Assembly: GCA_965238265.1 (NCBI GenBank)
Contig: OZ250185.1
Span: 989,153-1,053,152 of the forward strand
From: Chloroflexota bacterium
Lineage (GTDB): Bacteria > Chloroflexota > UBA11872 > UBA12225 > JAJDUF01
Length of the DNA stretch: 64,000 nucleotides
Reading direction: 5' to 3'
Part shown: positions 17,771 to 28,057 of the stretch, one piece after another
Layout: the number at the start of each line of letters is the position of its first letter
Numbering within the stretch: position 1 is the first letter of the stretch
The notes under the pieces: generated by a model
Database searches by the model: none
What the model saw: the letters and a program-made list of their open reading frames with translations, nothing else
Told to the model about the DNA's origin: nothing
Made by a program: the position numbers and the translations under genes

Positions 17771-19375
17771 TCACAATGCCCCCACCTCACCCGACACCAG
17801 CCTCGGCAACAGCGCATCCCGCAGGTCGGCCAGGGTGCGTGATTCCGTTTTGGTTGACTCCATCTTGTCGAGGATGGAGCCAGCACTCATGGAAAACCAG
17901 TCCAACACGTCAGTTCCAGCAGTGGGAATTGCTACTTCAGTTTCACTAACGACCTCTGGACGAACCGCCGGATATGCTGCGCCATCCGCTCGGTGAGCCA
18001 GCCACTCAATATTGTCTGGGGCTGTCGCTGCAAGATATACCAACTCCCGGAACCGTGGGTTCAAAGGCCGAAGCACGGCGAATCCGGTGCTTCCCGTCAG
18101 ACCATCGTTTCCTATAAGTGAGTAAGAACCGTTGCCCGGTCGAACTGTCCCAACTATGGTGTCTCCAGAGCGAAGGGCCCGTTTTGCCCTACTAGGGGCA
18201 TCCTTCCAAGAAAAATGTTGCGTGGATTCGATTACTCCCCACTTTGTGTTCGCCAAGTCAACGTATTCGATATCTGTGGGGCTATTCGTTCTGGACCAAG
18301 ACTCAGGGTTGAGATTCGAAAACTCCCCGACCGCCTTCACCTCCCACCCCGCCGGTATCTCCCCCAGCTCCGAGGCCACCAGGCGCTCCGGGAACAGCGC
18401 CCACAGCTCCGGCGGCAGGTACGGCGCGCGACCGGCCAGCTTGGCGCGCGTGGGGCCGAAGTCCACGAACCAGTCCTGGAAGAGGGCGCGGGCCATGGCC
18501 TCCAGCGTCTCGTTCATCCGGCGGTTGAGCGCGATCTTGTCGTCGAGGGTGCCGAGGACGTGGGCGATGGCGCGCTGTTCGGGGAGGGGAGGTGCAAGTA
18601 CACTCAACGACTGGATCATTGCCTTCGTAAGGGCGTTTCGAGTTCCGCCTGATCCTGCCCAAGACAAGAGCATGGTCTGTGTCTCAGGACAAGCGAGGAA
18701 ATAGCGCAGGAAGCGCGAGTCTAACTGGTTTGGGTCTGTCCGAATGATAGCGACGTGCTGGTTCACCCGTGCCGGAAGCACTCCGGGATCAACCTGGCAC
18801 ACACGCGCCACCGAATCGCCGGTAATGTTCAGTAGCACATCATCTGGAAAGACCTCGACGTTCCGCAGGCCGTGCGCCTGTTCATCACTGATATAGGCCA
18901 ACCCCTCGTGGCTGAACCCAGCATTGTAGACGTTCTGGCTACGAATCAATGCGTAGGGTCCGTCTTCCAGGTAGACATCCCGGCCCCCTCGTGGCGTGGC
19001 TCCACTGCCAATTTTGGTGCAGGCATCTCCAAGCACTATTTCCCGCCACTCGCTCGCCGCTGCCGATTGCTCGTCCGTGCCTTGCTGCAACACTACGTAG
19101 TCGCGCTCTATCACCGCCCGGAAGCGCTCGGGGATCGTGTGCCAGTCGTGTACGTCCACCCGCATGGGCAGGTCCGATTCCTCAAAGGCTTCCTTCAGCC
19201 GACCGAGTACTCCCCACTCCAGCGGTCCCCCGCCGACAACGGCCAGGTCCAGGTCGGAGTAGTCCTTCGCGGTCCAAGTCGCACGGGAACCGAAGGCGCG
19301 TATCTCGCACGCCGGCACGTGCTCCGCCAGGATGCGCCGGACCGTGCCGAGGTGGTGCGGGTTGAGGTCAATCAT
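17771..19375 (-). CDS. hsdS: In-frame fusion of a minimal nucleotidyltransferase (MNT, residues 1-~105; GSRATWTAKDYSDLDLAVV) to a type I specificity subunit HsdS (residues ~112-534, two target-recognition domains)
   Basis: A single 534-aa ORF. The N-terminus has the GS-x9-DxD nucleotidyltransferase motif. From SEWREIVLGDACTKIGSGATP onwards it is a canonical HsdS with central and C-terminal conserved helices (LPEQRAIAHVLGTLDDKIALN...). No ATG separates the two parts. Confidence 0.75.
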   Translation of the reverse strand: MIDLNPHHLGTVRRILAEHVPACEIRAFGSRATWTAKDYSDLDLAVVGGGPLEWGVLGRLKEAFEESDLPMRVDVHDWHTIPERFRAVIERDYVVLQQGTDEQSAAASEWREIVLGDACTKIGSGATPRGGRDVYLEDGPYALIRSQNVYNAGFSHEGLAYISDEQAHGLRNVEVFPDDVLLNITGDSVARVCQVDPGVLPARVNQHVAIIRTDPNQLDSRFLRYFLACPETQTMLLSWAGSGGTRNALTKAMIQSLSVLAPPLPEQRAIAHVLGTLDDKIALNRRMNETLEAMARALFQDWFVDFGPTRAKLAGRAPYLPPELWALFPERLVASELGEIPAGWEVKAVGEFSNLNPESWSRTNSPTDIEYVDLANTKWGVIESTQHFSWKDAPSRAKRALRSGDTIVGTVRPGNGSYSLIGNDGLTGSTGFAVLRPLNPRFRELVYLAATAPDNIEWLAHRADGAAYPAVRPEVVSETEVAIPTAGTDVLDWFSMSAGSILDKMESTKTESRTLADLRDALLPRLVSGEVGAL

Positions 19376-19790
19376 TGCGCGCTTCCAACGCCGCCAGCAG
19401 CAGCCGCGCGTCGTGTACGAACTCCCTGGTGGCGCTATAGACCAGCGCGGCCTTCGCCTCGTCGTAGATGTGGGAGGTGACGTTCCTGGCTTCGTGATGC
19501 TGCATCCAGAGGTCTACGTCGGGAATGAGCCGATTTTCGGCCGCGAGGCGGAATAGCTGCCGCCGCGTGACGCCATCCGCGACGTCGGGGCCGACGTAGG
19601 TCCTCAACCAGCGCGCCATCAACTTCCAGGAAAGCTCGTAGGTGACCTCGAAGTTCTGTATAACGCCGGAGCGAATGCCGTTCCGCTCGACCTCGCTCAA
19701 CTCTCCCATGCGCGCGTCATTTTCGCTGACCGCCAGCAGGTCTGCGAGCGCTCTGATCGCGTTTCTCAGGTGGTCCAGCTCCAGTGGCAT
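19368..19790 (-). CDS. HEPN-domain protein (HI0074-like nucleotidyltransferase substrate-binding family; R-x4-HxY motif RNVTSHIY). It is the HEPN partner of the MNT fused to hsdS.
   Basis: 140-aa ORF whose stop overlaps the start of the MNT-hsdS ORF, and which carries the HEPN motif. Confidence 0.7.
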   Translation of the reverse strand: MPLELDHLRNAIRALADLLAVSENDARMGELSEVERNGIRSGVIQNFEVTYELSWKLMARWLRTYVGPDVADGVTRRQLFRLAAENRLIPDVDLWMQHHEARNVTSHIYDEAKAALVYSATREFVHDARLLLAALEARND

Positions 19791-19863
19791 GATCTTCCTC
19801 GTTACTCGCGGGCGTGCTCGTCCGCAACCCCCAGGCGTACCATGCTGATGTCAATGGCGCTGG

Positions 19864-20301
19864 TCATTCCCAAGTCTCCCCGGTCATCGTCTGGTACAGC
19901 CCAATGGCATCGTCAACAAAGTCATCCACCAGCGCCAGGGCTTGCTCCGCTTTTTCGCCGCTGTAGTCGTGGGTCGTGTCAATGCGAGCCTGTATGTATT
20001 CGTTCCATTGTGGGAAGGGAGACGAGAGCAGATTGTTCGCATCGGCCAAACGGAAGATGGGCCGGGGACTGCGGGGAGCTTCAGCAACGCCCAATTCTTC
20101 TTGCAGGTAGCGCCGGAGCACTTTATGCAGCGCATCGTAGCAGGTCTCGAACCGCTGAATCACCGATTCGGCCATTCCCTCATGGATAAATTGCGGCAGC
20201 GCCGGGTCAAGGTGTTTCCGATGCTCATGCTGCAATTCCAGGTTCTTGAGGGATTTTCTGAAGTTGCCGTAATCAATCATTGCCGTGCCCCGCTCACGCA
20301 C
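19864..20301 (-). CDS. HEPN-domain protein, second copy (R-x4-HxY motif RIDTTHDY)
   Basis: 145-aa ORF immediately downstream of the interrupted MNT at 20304-20656. Its GC is about 52%. Confidence 0.7.
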   Translation of the reverse strand: MRERGTAMIDYGNFRKSLKNLELQHEHRKHLDPALPQFIHEGMAESVIQRFETCYDALHKVLRRYLQEELGVAEAPRSPRPIFRLADANNLLSSPFPQWNEYIQARIDTTHDYSGEKAEQALALVDDFVDDAIGLYQTMTGETWE

Positions 20302-20303
20302 TA

Positions 20304-20656
20304 GAGCCTGCCCGTACTCAGCCGCACCAGGTCTGCCTCAATCTGGTCTCCGGCCTCATAAAGCGGTGTCCTAGTCGCCTCGACCGAGCGCCGGAAATAG
20401 GGATTCTTGATGGCCGAGCCGACCACCAAGTCCACCGTCCGGCCAAACAGCCGTTCCAGCGCTTCCCGCAGGCCGAAATACGTGTCGAAATACGCGCCGG
20501 TCGGCAGTGGCCGGAAGGTGACGACGAAGTCGAGGTCGCTGTGCCCCGGTCAGTACCGGCCGGTGGCGGCCGAGCCGAACAGGTCGAGCCGCCGGACCCG
20601 GTAGCGCCGGCAGAGCTGCTCCAGCTCGGCGGCGTGCTCCGCAATCACCGGGATCA
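20304..20656 (-). pseudogene. MNT-type nucleotidyltransferase (HEPN-cognate antitoxin family) interrupted by an in-frame TGA at 20550-20552 within the active-site region (LFGSAATGRY*PGHSDLDFVV)
   Basis: The reverse-complement translation runs in one frame from MIPVIAEHAAELEQLCRRYRVRRLDLFGSAATGRY, through a TGA, to PGHSDLDFVVTFRPL...GRL*. It ends 3 nt before the HEPN start. Confidence 0.65.
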
Positions 20657-20680
20657 TTGCGAGTGCTCCTCTCCCATCAG

Positions 20681-22276
<1,596 letters not shown>

Positions 22277-22518
22277 AGGCCATCTCTCCCCGCAAGCTCC
22301 AAGCTGCCCTGCAACCGGGCAGCTAGTATAGGTGGATTCTACTATCAGGTTGACGGGCCGTGGTCATGGTGCTCCCCTCCCGCGCCTGGTTGCAGCCATT
22401 TCCGGCTGCCTCCGCACAGCCCCGACCCACATGGTCTTGAGTGCTATCCAAGCATATGCGCCGAGACATCTCCGGTCAATGCGAGCTAGGCGGTGCTTCC
22501 CAGCAAAGCTGGTGGGGC

Positions 22519-24294
22519 CTATGTGCCTTCCCAATGCAACGAAGTACGGCGCTGATCTAGTTCGACAATGACCTTGGCAAAGAGGAATCCGTAACGCTCA
22601 ACGCTAGGATAGTCCTGCGGCTCGCCATTCACACGCAGCGTCAGCGGGCATCCCCGCGGCCTATGCACAAGGATGCAGGCATCCTGGAGCTGCGTCTCCG
22701 CTGTAAGGTGGATGCTGTGTCTGTCGTCGAAGGTGAACCGCACGGCGCGGCGTGCTCGCTCCCAAGCATTGATCTCGTAGGACTGCCACCACGGCAGCCC
22801 GCGTGTGCTGACGAGCTGTACGAGGTCTGTCATCGCAGTTGGTACGCCTGGACGGAGGACATGGTTGGGGTGGAAGAGATAGTGTGCAATACCGTAGTGT
22901 CGCTGCACGCGGTCGAGCAGTAACGGGCCTGCTGAGTAGGGCGCGAGCCAGCCCGGCCGGGCGTCAGGATCACTGACCGGGTGCATGAGGTCTTGGGTCA
23001 GCAGATTCACTTCCAGTACGTCGCTGCATACTCCCGAATCCGGATCCATGGGAAACCAGGGATGGGAGCTCCCCACGAGATACCCCGTGTTGCCGCGCCG
23101 GTTTGGACCCTTCGTTTGATCAGTAGCGACGCCAAGTTTGGTGAGCCAGTGGAAGAACTCCAAGTACCCTTCCCAGCGCAGACCATGGTTCTTGTTGGTG
23201 ATTACGGCATCCAGCCCAGCTTCCTGTTTAAGGTACGACCACTGGAAGCGTAGGTCCTCAAAGCGCCACCGCGTATGCTCCATCTGGGTGCGCGCATCGA
23301 AGTGGAGCGCGAGCTCGCTCCCCGAGGACCGCACGGCGTCGTAGAACTGGCGGGTGTAGCCGGGGTAGAGGATGCACCAGGTTGACTTGATCCCGAGCTC
23401 CTGCACGCGCTCGAGCATGTGCCACGCCTTCTCGATCTGGTTGCCATCGGAGTCATGCGAGAGGTGCGCGATCGCTGTGAGGTCACCGGGCCAGTACCAC
23501 AGCAGTGGAAACACCGCGCGGGCGTGCGTGGCGCAATAGAAGACGCTGCGCAGGAGAATGGCGCGCAACTCATCACCAATCGCTTCCAAGAAGAAGGGGA
23601 CTTCGGTGTCGTGTGTACGATCCCGGTTCCAGTCCAGCACCATGCCGTCTTCAACGTTGAACCTGCCGTCGTCAATATCGGCAGTACCATCCGGAGCAGG
23701 CACGCCATCCTGAAAGATGGGAATGCCTTGCAACATGTGCAGGATACACCAGGGCAAGTCGGCGGCCGTAAATAGAACAAGCCCCCGGCCCTGCCGGTGC
23801 TCTGAAATCCCCACACCAACCTGTTTGCCATCGGCGTCCGTCAACTCCGCCAGGACGGTTGCGCCAGAAACCTGGGCCGTGGCGGCGTCCCAGACGTGGA
23901 GTGAACTGTGGAGGTCGCGGACGACCACGTGATGTGGCTGCGTAACACGCAGAAATCCTTCGTGCAACCCCGACTGCGACTGCACACCACAGAGGTCGTC
24001 GAGGCCGCTGGTGCCTCCCAAGGCAACCAAGGCCCCTCCGCTGGCGACGAACCGGTACATCGCTTCTACATCTGGTGGAGAAGTATGGTGAGGGAGGAGG
24101 ACCACTCTGGTATCGAGGAGCGCTTCTGCGAGACCGGCAGAGTCGATGCGCGCGAACGGGATGCCGGCATGGCCCAGCACCTCCAGGATGTACCGCGAGC
24201 GGGGATGGTATGCACCATCCTGCAGATAGACGCCGATGGAGCCGGGATGGCCACGGATCATGGCTGTGTATCTCCTACAGCGGGGCCGCTGCAA
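22519..24294 (-). CDS. Hypothetical 591-aa protein. The N-terminus may be a class-I glutamine-amidotransferase-like / ThuA-like domain, and the C-terminus a polysaccharide-deacetylase-like region. It heads the co-directional island.
   Basis: A long ORF with only weak motif resemblance. The call is by eye. Confidence 0.3.
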   Translation of the reverse strand: MQRPRCRRYTAMIRGHPGSIGVYLQDGAYHPRSRYILEVLGHAGIPFARIDSAGLAEALLDTRVVLLPHHTSPPDVEAMYRFVASGGALVALGGTSGLDDLCGVQSQSGLHEGFLRVTQPHHVVVRDLHSSLHVWDAATAQVSGATVLAELTDADGKQVGVGISEHRQGRGLVLFTAADLPWCILHMLQGIPIFQDGVPAPDGTADIDDGRFNVEDGMVLDWNRDRTHDTEVPFFLEAIGDELRAILLRSVFYCATHARAVFPLLWYWPGDLTAIAHLSHDSDGNQIEKAWHMLERVQELGIKSTWCILYPGYTRQFYDAVRSSGSELALHFDARTQMEHTRWRFEDLRFQWSYLKQEAGLDAVITNKNHGLRWEGYLEFFHWLTKLGVATDQTKGPNRRGNTGYLVGSSHPWFPMDPDSGVCSDVLEVNLLTQDLMHPVSDPDARPGWLAPYSAGPLLLDRVQRHYGIAHYLFHPNHVLRPGVPTAMTDLVQLVSTRGLPWWQSYEINAWERARRAVRFTFDDRHSIHLTAETQLQDACILVHRPRGCPLTLRVNGEPQDYPSVERYGFLFAKVIVELDQRRTSLHWEGT

Positions 24295-24464
24295 TGCCCT
24301 GGGTTAGCACCAGGCTTCGCGAAGCAGACGGACTGCGGTTTGCTCAATCATTACGCCGGCCTCTGCGGTGTGCCGGCTGTGCGGTCCCAAGTTGACCTCG
24401 TAGGCGCCCTCGTCGAAGGCACGTGACGTCGGGAAGTAGCCCTGCCAGTCGTTCGCATAGCCGG

Positions 24465-24596
24465 CTATTGCCGTGACTGGAATTCTTCATAGAGGTCGAC
24501 GCCTGGCAGGTCTGGGGTGAACCGAATCTCCTTTTGCCGTTTGTTCCAGGATTCGGGGCCTTCCAGGATCCATATCATGTGTTCAGGGTTAGCCAT
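24465..24596 (-). CDS. Small 43-aa ORF (MANPEHMIWILEGPESWNKRQKEIRFTPDLPGVDLYEEFQSRQ) with a strong RBS (GGAGGAAG 7 nt upstream of the ATG) in a lower-GC patch
   Basis: The RBS and ORF were read from the sequence. Function unknown. Confidence 0.3.
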   Translation of the reverse strand: MANPEHMIWILEGPESWNKRQKEIRFTPDLPGVDLYEEFQSRQ

Positions 24597-25703
24597 GAGG
24601 TACTTCCTCCGAAGTCTGTATACTGTTCGTGCTATATGGATGTCGTCCCCATGATGAACCTGCCGACGGCTCGCGTGCAATCCCTGGCTACCGCGACGTA
24701 AGTTAATGCCAGTCATGGGACGGCGTCATGACTACGCCCGACCGGAAGGCGGCGAGGATCCTGCCCTATCACGTTCGGCGTCCTGTCCCACCTCTAGATA
24801 CGCGTCCAGTGACCTCCACCACCTAACTCTCCAATTCCCTACGACGCCTGGCGAAGAGGCCGCGCCAGCCGAGGACCTGCACATTCCCCGTTTCGTCCTC
24901 AATGATCACGAACACCGTGCCGTCCCGCCCGCGCGGGTGCCGCTTGGCCACAGGCTAGCCAATCACCGTAACCCATTCGTCATCGCCGCCCTTCTCCACT
25001 TCCCCGCCGGGAATACGCCGGGACGCAAGCCTGGTCTGACGAACTCCACGAGGCAGCCTCTTGGGTACAATGCGGTTTCCAGTTGCCTCTTGGGGAAGTC
25101 AACATGACAGGGGAAGGCTTAGCCTGCCGGCGACCCGGTTTGACCCCAATAAGGCTGCACACACATAAGCTCCCCCATAGGGCCCCCTAGAATTCGCAGT
25201 ACAACAGTACGCTCTGGCCCACAGAATCAAACTGCTGTGCTCGTTGCATACAAACATCGGAGCAACAGCACCCAAGTATCGGTTAGTCAATGGTCTGGAA
25301 CTGGAAAGAGCACAATCCCGGCGGATGCTGAACTGAGAGAGGTCGCGAGAAGGACGACTCGGCGTGATCTTTATGCCGAGCCAGCCGACCCTGGTGACCC
25401 GGCGTCGCCGCTACTGATGATGCCTAGGATTGGACTGAGGGCAAGACGCACGCCCTATCAGTTCCGGTTCTTCATGTAGGATGGCAAGTTGTCGGGAAAT
25501 CTGCCAGGAGCCCATCCTCTCAAGATACGATAAGAGACTCGCAGCAACCGCAGTCCATGGGCGTCCGCATCGTCACCGAGAACAGCACCAGCCTGCGCTT
25601 TGAGGACAGCCGGTTCGAGAGTGAGTAGCCCGCCCTGCCCTGGCCGCTTCTCCGGCGGCGAGACGGGGTATGATGGCACGCCGGCGGTTCGCGAAGGCGC
25701 TTA

Positions 25704-26129
25704 CTACCCGGCCGACCACGGATTCATTACCTCAATCCCACAGCCGGCAAAGTCATCCACATCCCGGGTCGCAACCCGTGCCCCTCGGGAGCGAGCAATC
25801 GCTGCGATCTGGCAGTCGGCCTGATTGATCGGCCGGCCAGCGGCACGGCGATCCGCCGCGATCACCGCGAATGCTCGGGCGGCCGCACTGTCGAAGGGCA
25901 AGATACGGTCGGCGAATAGGACACCGAAGGCACGCTCGGCCGCGGCAGCCAGACCGTGCCGCCGTCTTCCACCGGGCAACAGTGCGATGCCGCTGCGGAT
26001 CTCCGCCTCAGTGACAGCGGTCACGAATAGGGTGCTCGCCAACTGCTGGTCCAGCCAAGCAAGGACCTCCGGCTGCGGGTAGTCCCGCATCAGTTCCGAG
26101 ACAACATTGGTATCGAGAACGATCATCAC
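25704..26129 (-). CDS. vapC: PIN-domain toxin VapC/FitB-like (copy B), identical to copy A
   Basis: Its translation is identical to ORF 9913-10338. Confidence 0.85.
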   Translation of the reverse strand: MMIVLDTNVVSELMRDYPQPEVLAWLDQQLASTLFVTAVTEAEIRSGIALLPGGRRRHGLAAAAERAFGVLFADRILPFDSAAARAFAVIAADRRAAGRPINQADCQIAAIARSRGARVATRDVDDFAGCGIEVMNPWSAG

Positions 26130-26640
26130 CGTTGGCTCAGTCGAACCGGGGCGGTTCCCGCATCGGTTCCCGCGGCGGGATATCCAGCTCTACGCTGCCG
26201 AAAGGCTTGAAAAGCTCGTGGATGGCTGTACCGAGGTTTCTTACGGGGGCTTTCTCCTGCCCGAGCGCGGCTCGCAGGATGTCATGCACCTCCTCTTCCA
26301 GGGAGTGGCCATGCTGGGCCGCCCGGCGGCGGAGGCGCTGCTGTAGGCTCTCGTCGAGGTTACGGACCGTGATACTGGCCATGCTCGTACCTCCGTCTGT
26401 CAACTCATTCCATCGTACCACGACTGCACCGCAAGCAATTGGCCGGCCGAAGGCGGCGGGCGTCGTAGTCCAGAATGGAGAGCGGATTAGGGGTTCCGCG
26501 AGTATGGGTAGTGTTGCCTCACTCTCTCCGCTCGCCTATAATTGCCGGGCGCAATGACCGGGGCGCTGGGCTTGGGAACCTACAGGGGCACCACCAATTC
26601 AAACGTGGTACTGCGTACAGTCCACCTAGGCCCACCAGAG
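25705..26640. repeat. Direct repeat copy B (see 9915-10835). It carries the second vapB/vapC pair and a 17-codon recombinase 3' end.
   Basis: Near-identical to copy A. Confidence 0.9.
26137..26421 (-). CDS. vapB: VapB/FitA-like antitoxin (copy B)
   Basis: Its translation is identical to ORF 10346-10630. Confidence 0.75.
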   Translation of the reverse strand: MVRWNELTDGGTSMASITVRNLDESLQQRLRRRAAQHGHSLEEEVHDILRAALGQEKAPVRNLGTAIHELFKPFGSVELDIPPREPMREPPRFD

Positions 26641-26879
26641 TTTGCCTTTGATGCTCGGACAGAGGTAGGTCCCTAGCCGGCCGTTGTGGCCCGCGGCTCC
26701 AAGCGCCTCCTGGCCGCCTCTCTCCAGGCGCTGCTGTCATTTGTCGCTTTGCGGGTCTGCGCTCACGATGATTCGATCCGCACCTGCTCGCCCAGTCCGA
26801 GGTCGGCTATAGCCATTATGCCTCGTGCCCAGCACCGTTAGCTCGTCGGTGACGATGCTTATGGGCAGCTCCGAAGCGC

Positions 26880-28034
26880 TCAAGTTTCCCAGCTGGCCAC
26901 GAGGTTCGCCCTGACGAACTCGAGGTTCAGCGCCACTCCTAAGCCGGGGCGGTCCGAGACATGCACGTGACCGTCGCGAAACTCAATCGGCCGGTCGAGA
27001 CACGCCTGGTACTTCGGAATCTGCCCAACGCTGTGCTCCAGCCGGTAGAAGTTCGGGACGGTCAGCATGGCGTGCGCGCCGGCGACGATCTGGATCGGAC
27101 CGAGCGCGTTGTGAGGGCTGACCGGGACGTAGTAGGCTTCCGCCATCGCTGCGATCCGGCGCAGCTCGCTGATCCCGCCGGTCCAGCAGACATCAGGCAT
27201 GATGAAGTCAGCTAACCGCTGCTCGAAGATCGGCACGAAGTCGAAGCGCGTATACAGGCGCTCGCCCACGCAGATGGGAACATTGACCTGCTCGCGCACC
27301 GAGCGGAGCGCCTGTGGGCTTTCGGGCGGTAGTGGCTCCTCAAACCAACCAATCTTGTACGGTTCCAGGCGATTACACAGCCGAACGGCAGTGGGCACGT
27401 TGTAGTGACCGTGTGCATCAATGAGGATTTCGACCTTTGGGCCCACCGCCTCCCGCACCGCGGCGACCAGCGATGCTCCGTACTCTTCTCCCTCTGCGGA
27501 AATCTGGCCATCCAGATAAGCCGTGTGGTATGAACGCATCTCCTTGAAGGGGTCGAACTTGAGGGCGGTATGGCCACTGGCGACGGTGCGCTTGGCGGCC
27601 GCGGCGTAGTCCTCGGGCGTCTGACAGCCACCAAACCAGCCATTTGCATAGAGCGAGACGGCATCGCGGACCTTGCCGCCGAGCAGTTGATAGACCGGAC
27701 GATTGAGCAGCTGACCCTGAATGTCCCAGAGAGCGATGTCAATGGCGCTGGCTGCGGCGGTTGGCAGGCCACGCGATCCCAAGTAGGTGAAGCGCCGATA
27801 GATCTTGTGCCAGATGCGGTTGAGCGCGTCCGGGTCCTCGCCGATGAGCACCTCGGACAGGAGATGCACCGTGTTTCCAGTGATGAGACTGCCGCCACCG
27901 GGATAGTTGGTGCATTCGCCGACACCGGTGAGGCCACCGTCGGTCTCGACCTGTACGAAGGTCCACGTGCGGCCAAACTTCGCCTGCTGGCCGGCTGGAT
28001 CAATGACATACACCTTGAGACCGGTGATCTTCAT
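26880..28034 (-). CDS. Enolase-superfamily enzyme (mandelate racemase / muconate lactonizing enzyme family; sugar-acid dehydratase-like)
   Basis: 384-aa ORF (MKITGLKVYVIDPAGQQ...TDGGLTGVGECTNYPGG...) with the conserved MR/MLE N-terminal capping domain, barrel motifs and metal-binding acidic residues. Confidence 0.75.
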   Translation of the reverse strand: MKITGLKVYVIDPAGQQAKFGRTWTFVQVETDGGLTGVGECTNYPGGGSLITGNTVHLLSEVLIGEDPDALNRIWHKIYRRFTYLGSRGLPTAAASAIDIALWDIQGQLLNRPVYQLLGGKVRDAVSLYANGWFGGCQTPEDYAAAAKRTVASGHTALKFDPFKEMRSYHTAYLDGQISAEGEEYGASLVAAVREAVGPKVEILIDAHGHYNVPTAVRLCNRLEPYKIGWFEEPLPPESPQALRSVREQVNVPICVGERLYTRFDFVPIFEQRLADFIMPDVCWTGGISELRRIAAMAEAYYVPVSPHNALGPIQIVAGAHAMLTVPNFYRLEHSVGQIPKYQACLDRPIEFRDGHVHVSDRPGLGVALNLEFVRANLVASWET

Positions 28035-28057
28035 TACGTGTCCTCCATGACACAGTG

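Noticed and set aside
20318-20644. 108-aa minus-strand ORF with a Ser/Thr/Arg-rich translation
   Set aside because: This is the wrong frame across the MNT pseudogene. The MNT sequence is recovered in a neighbouring frame with an in-frame TGA.
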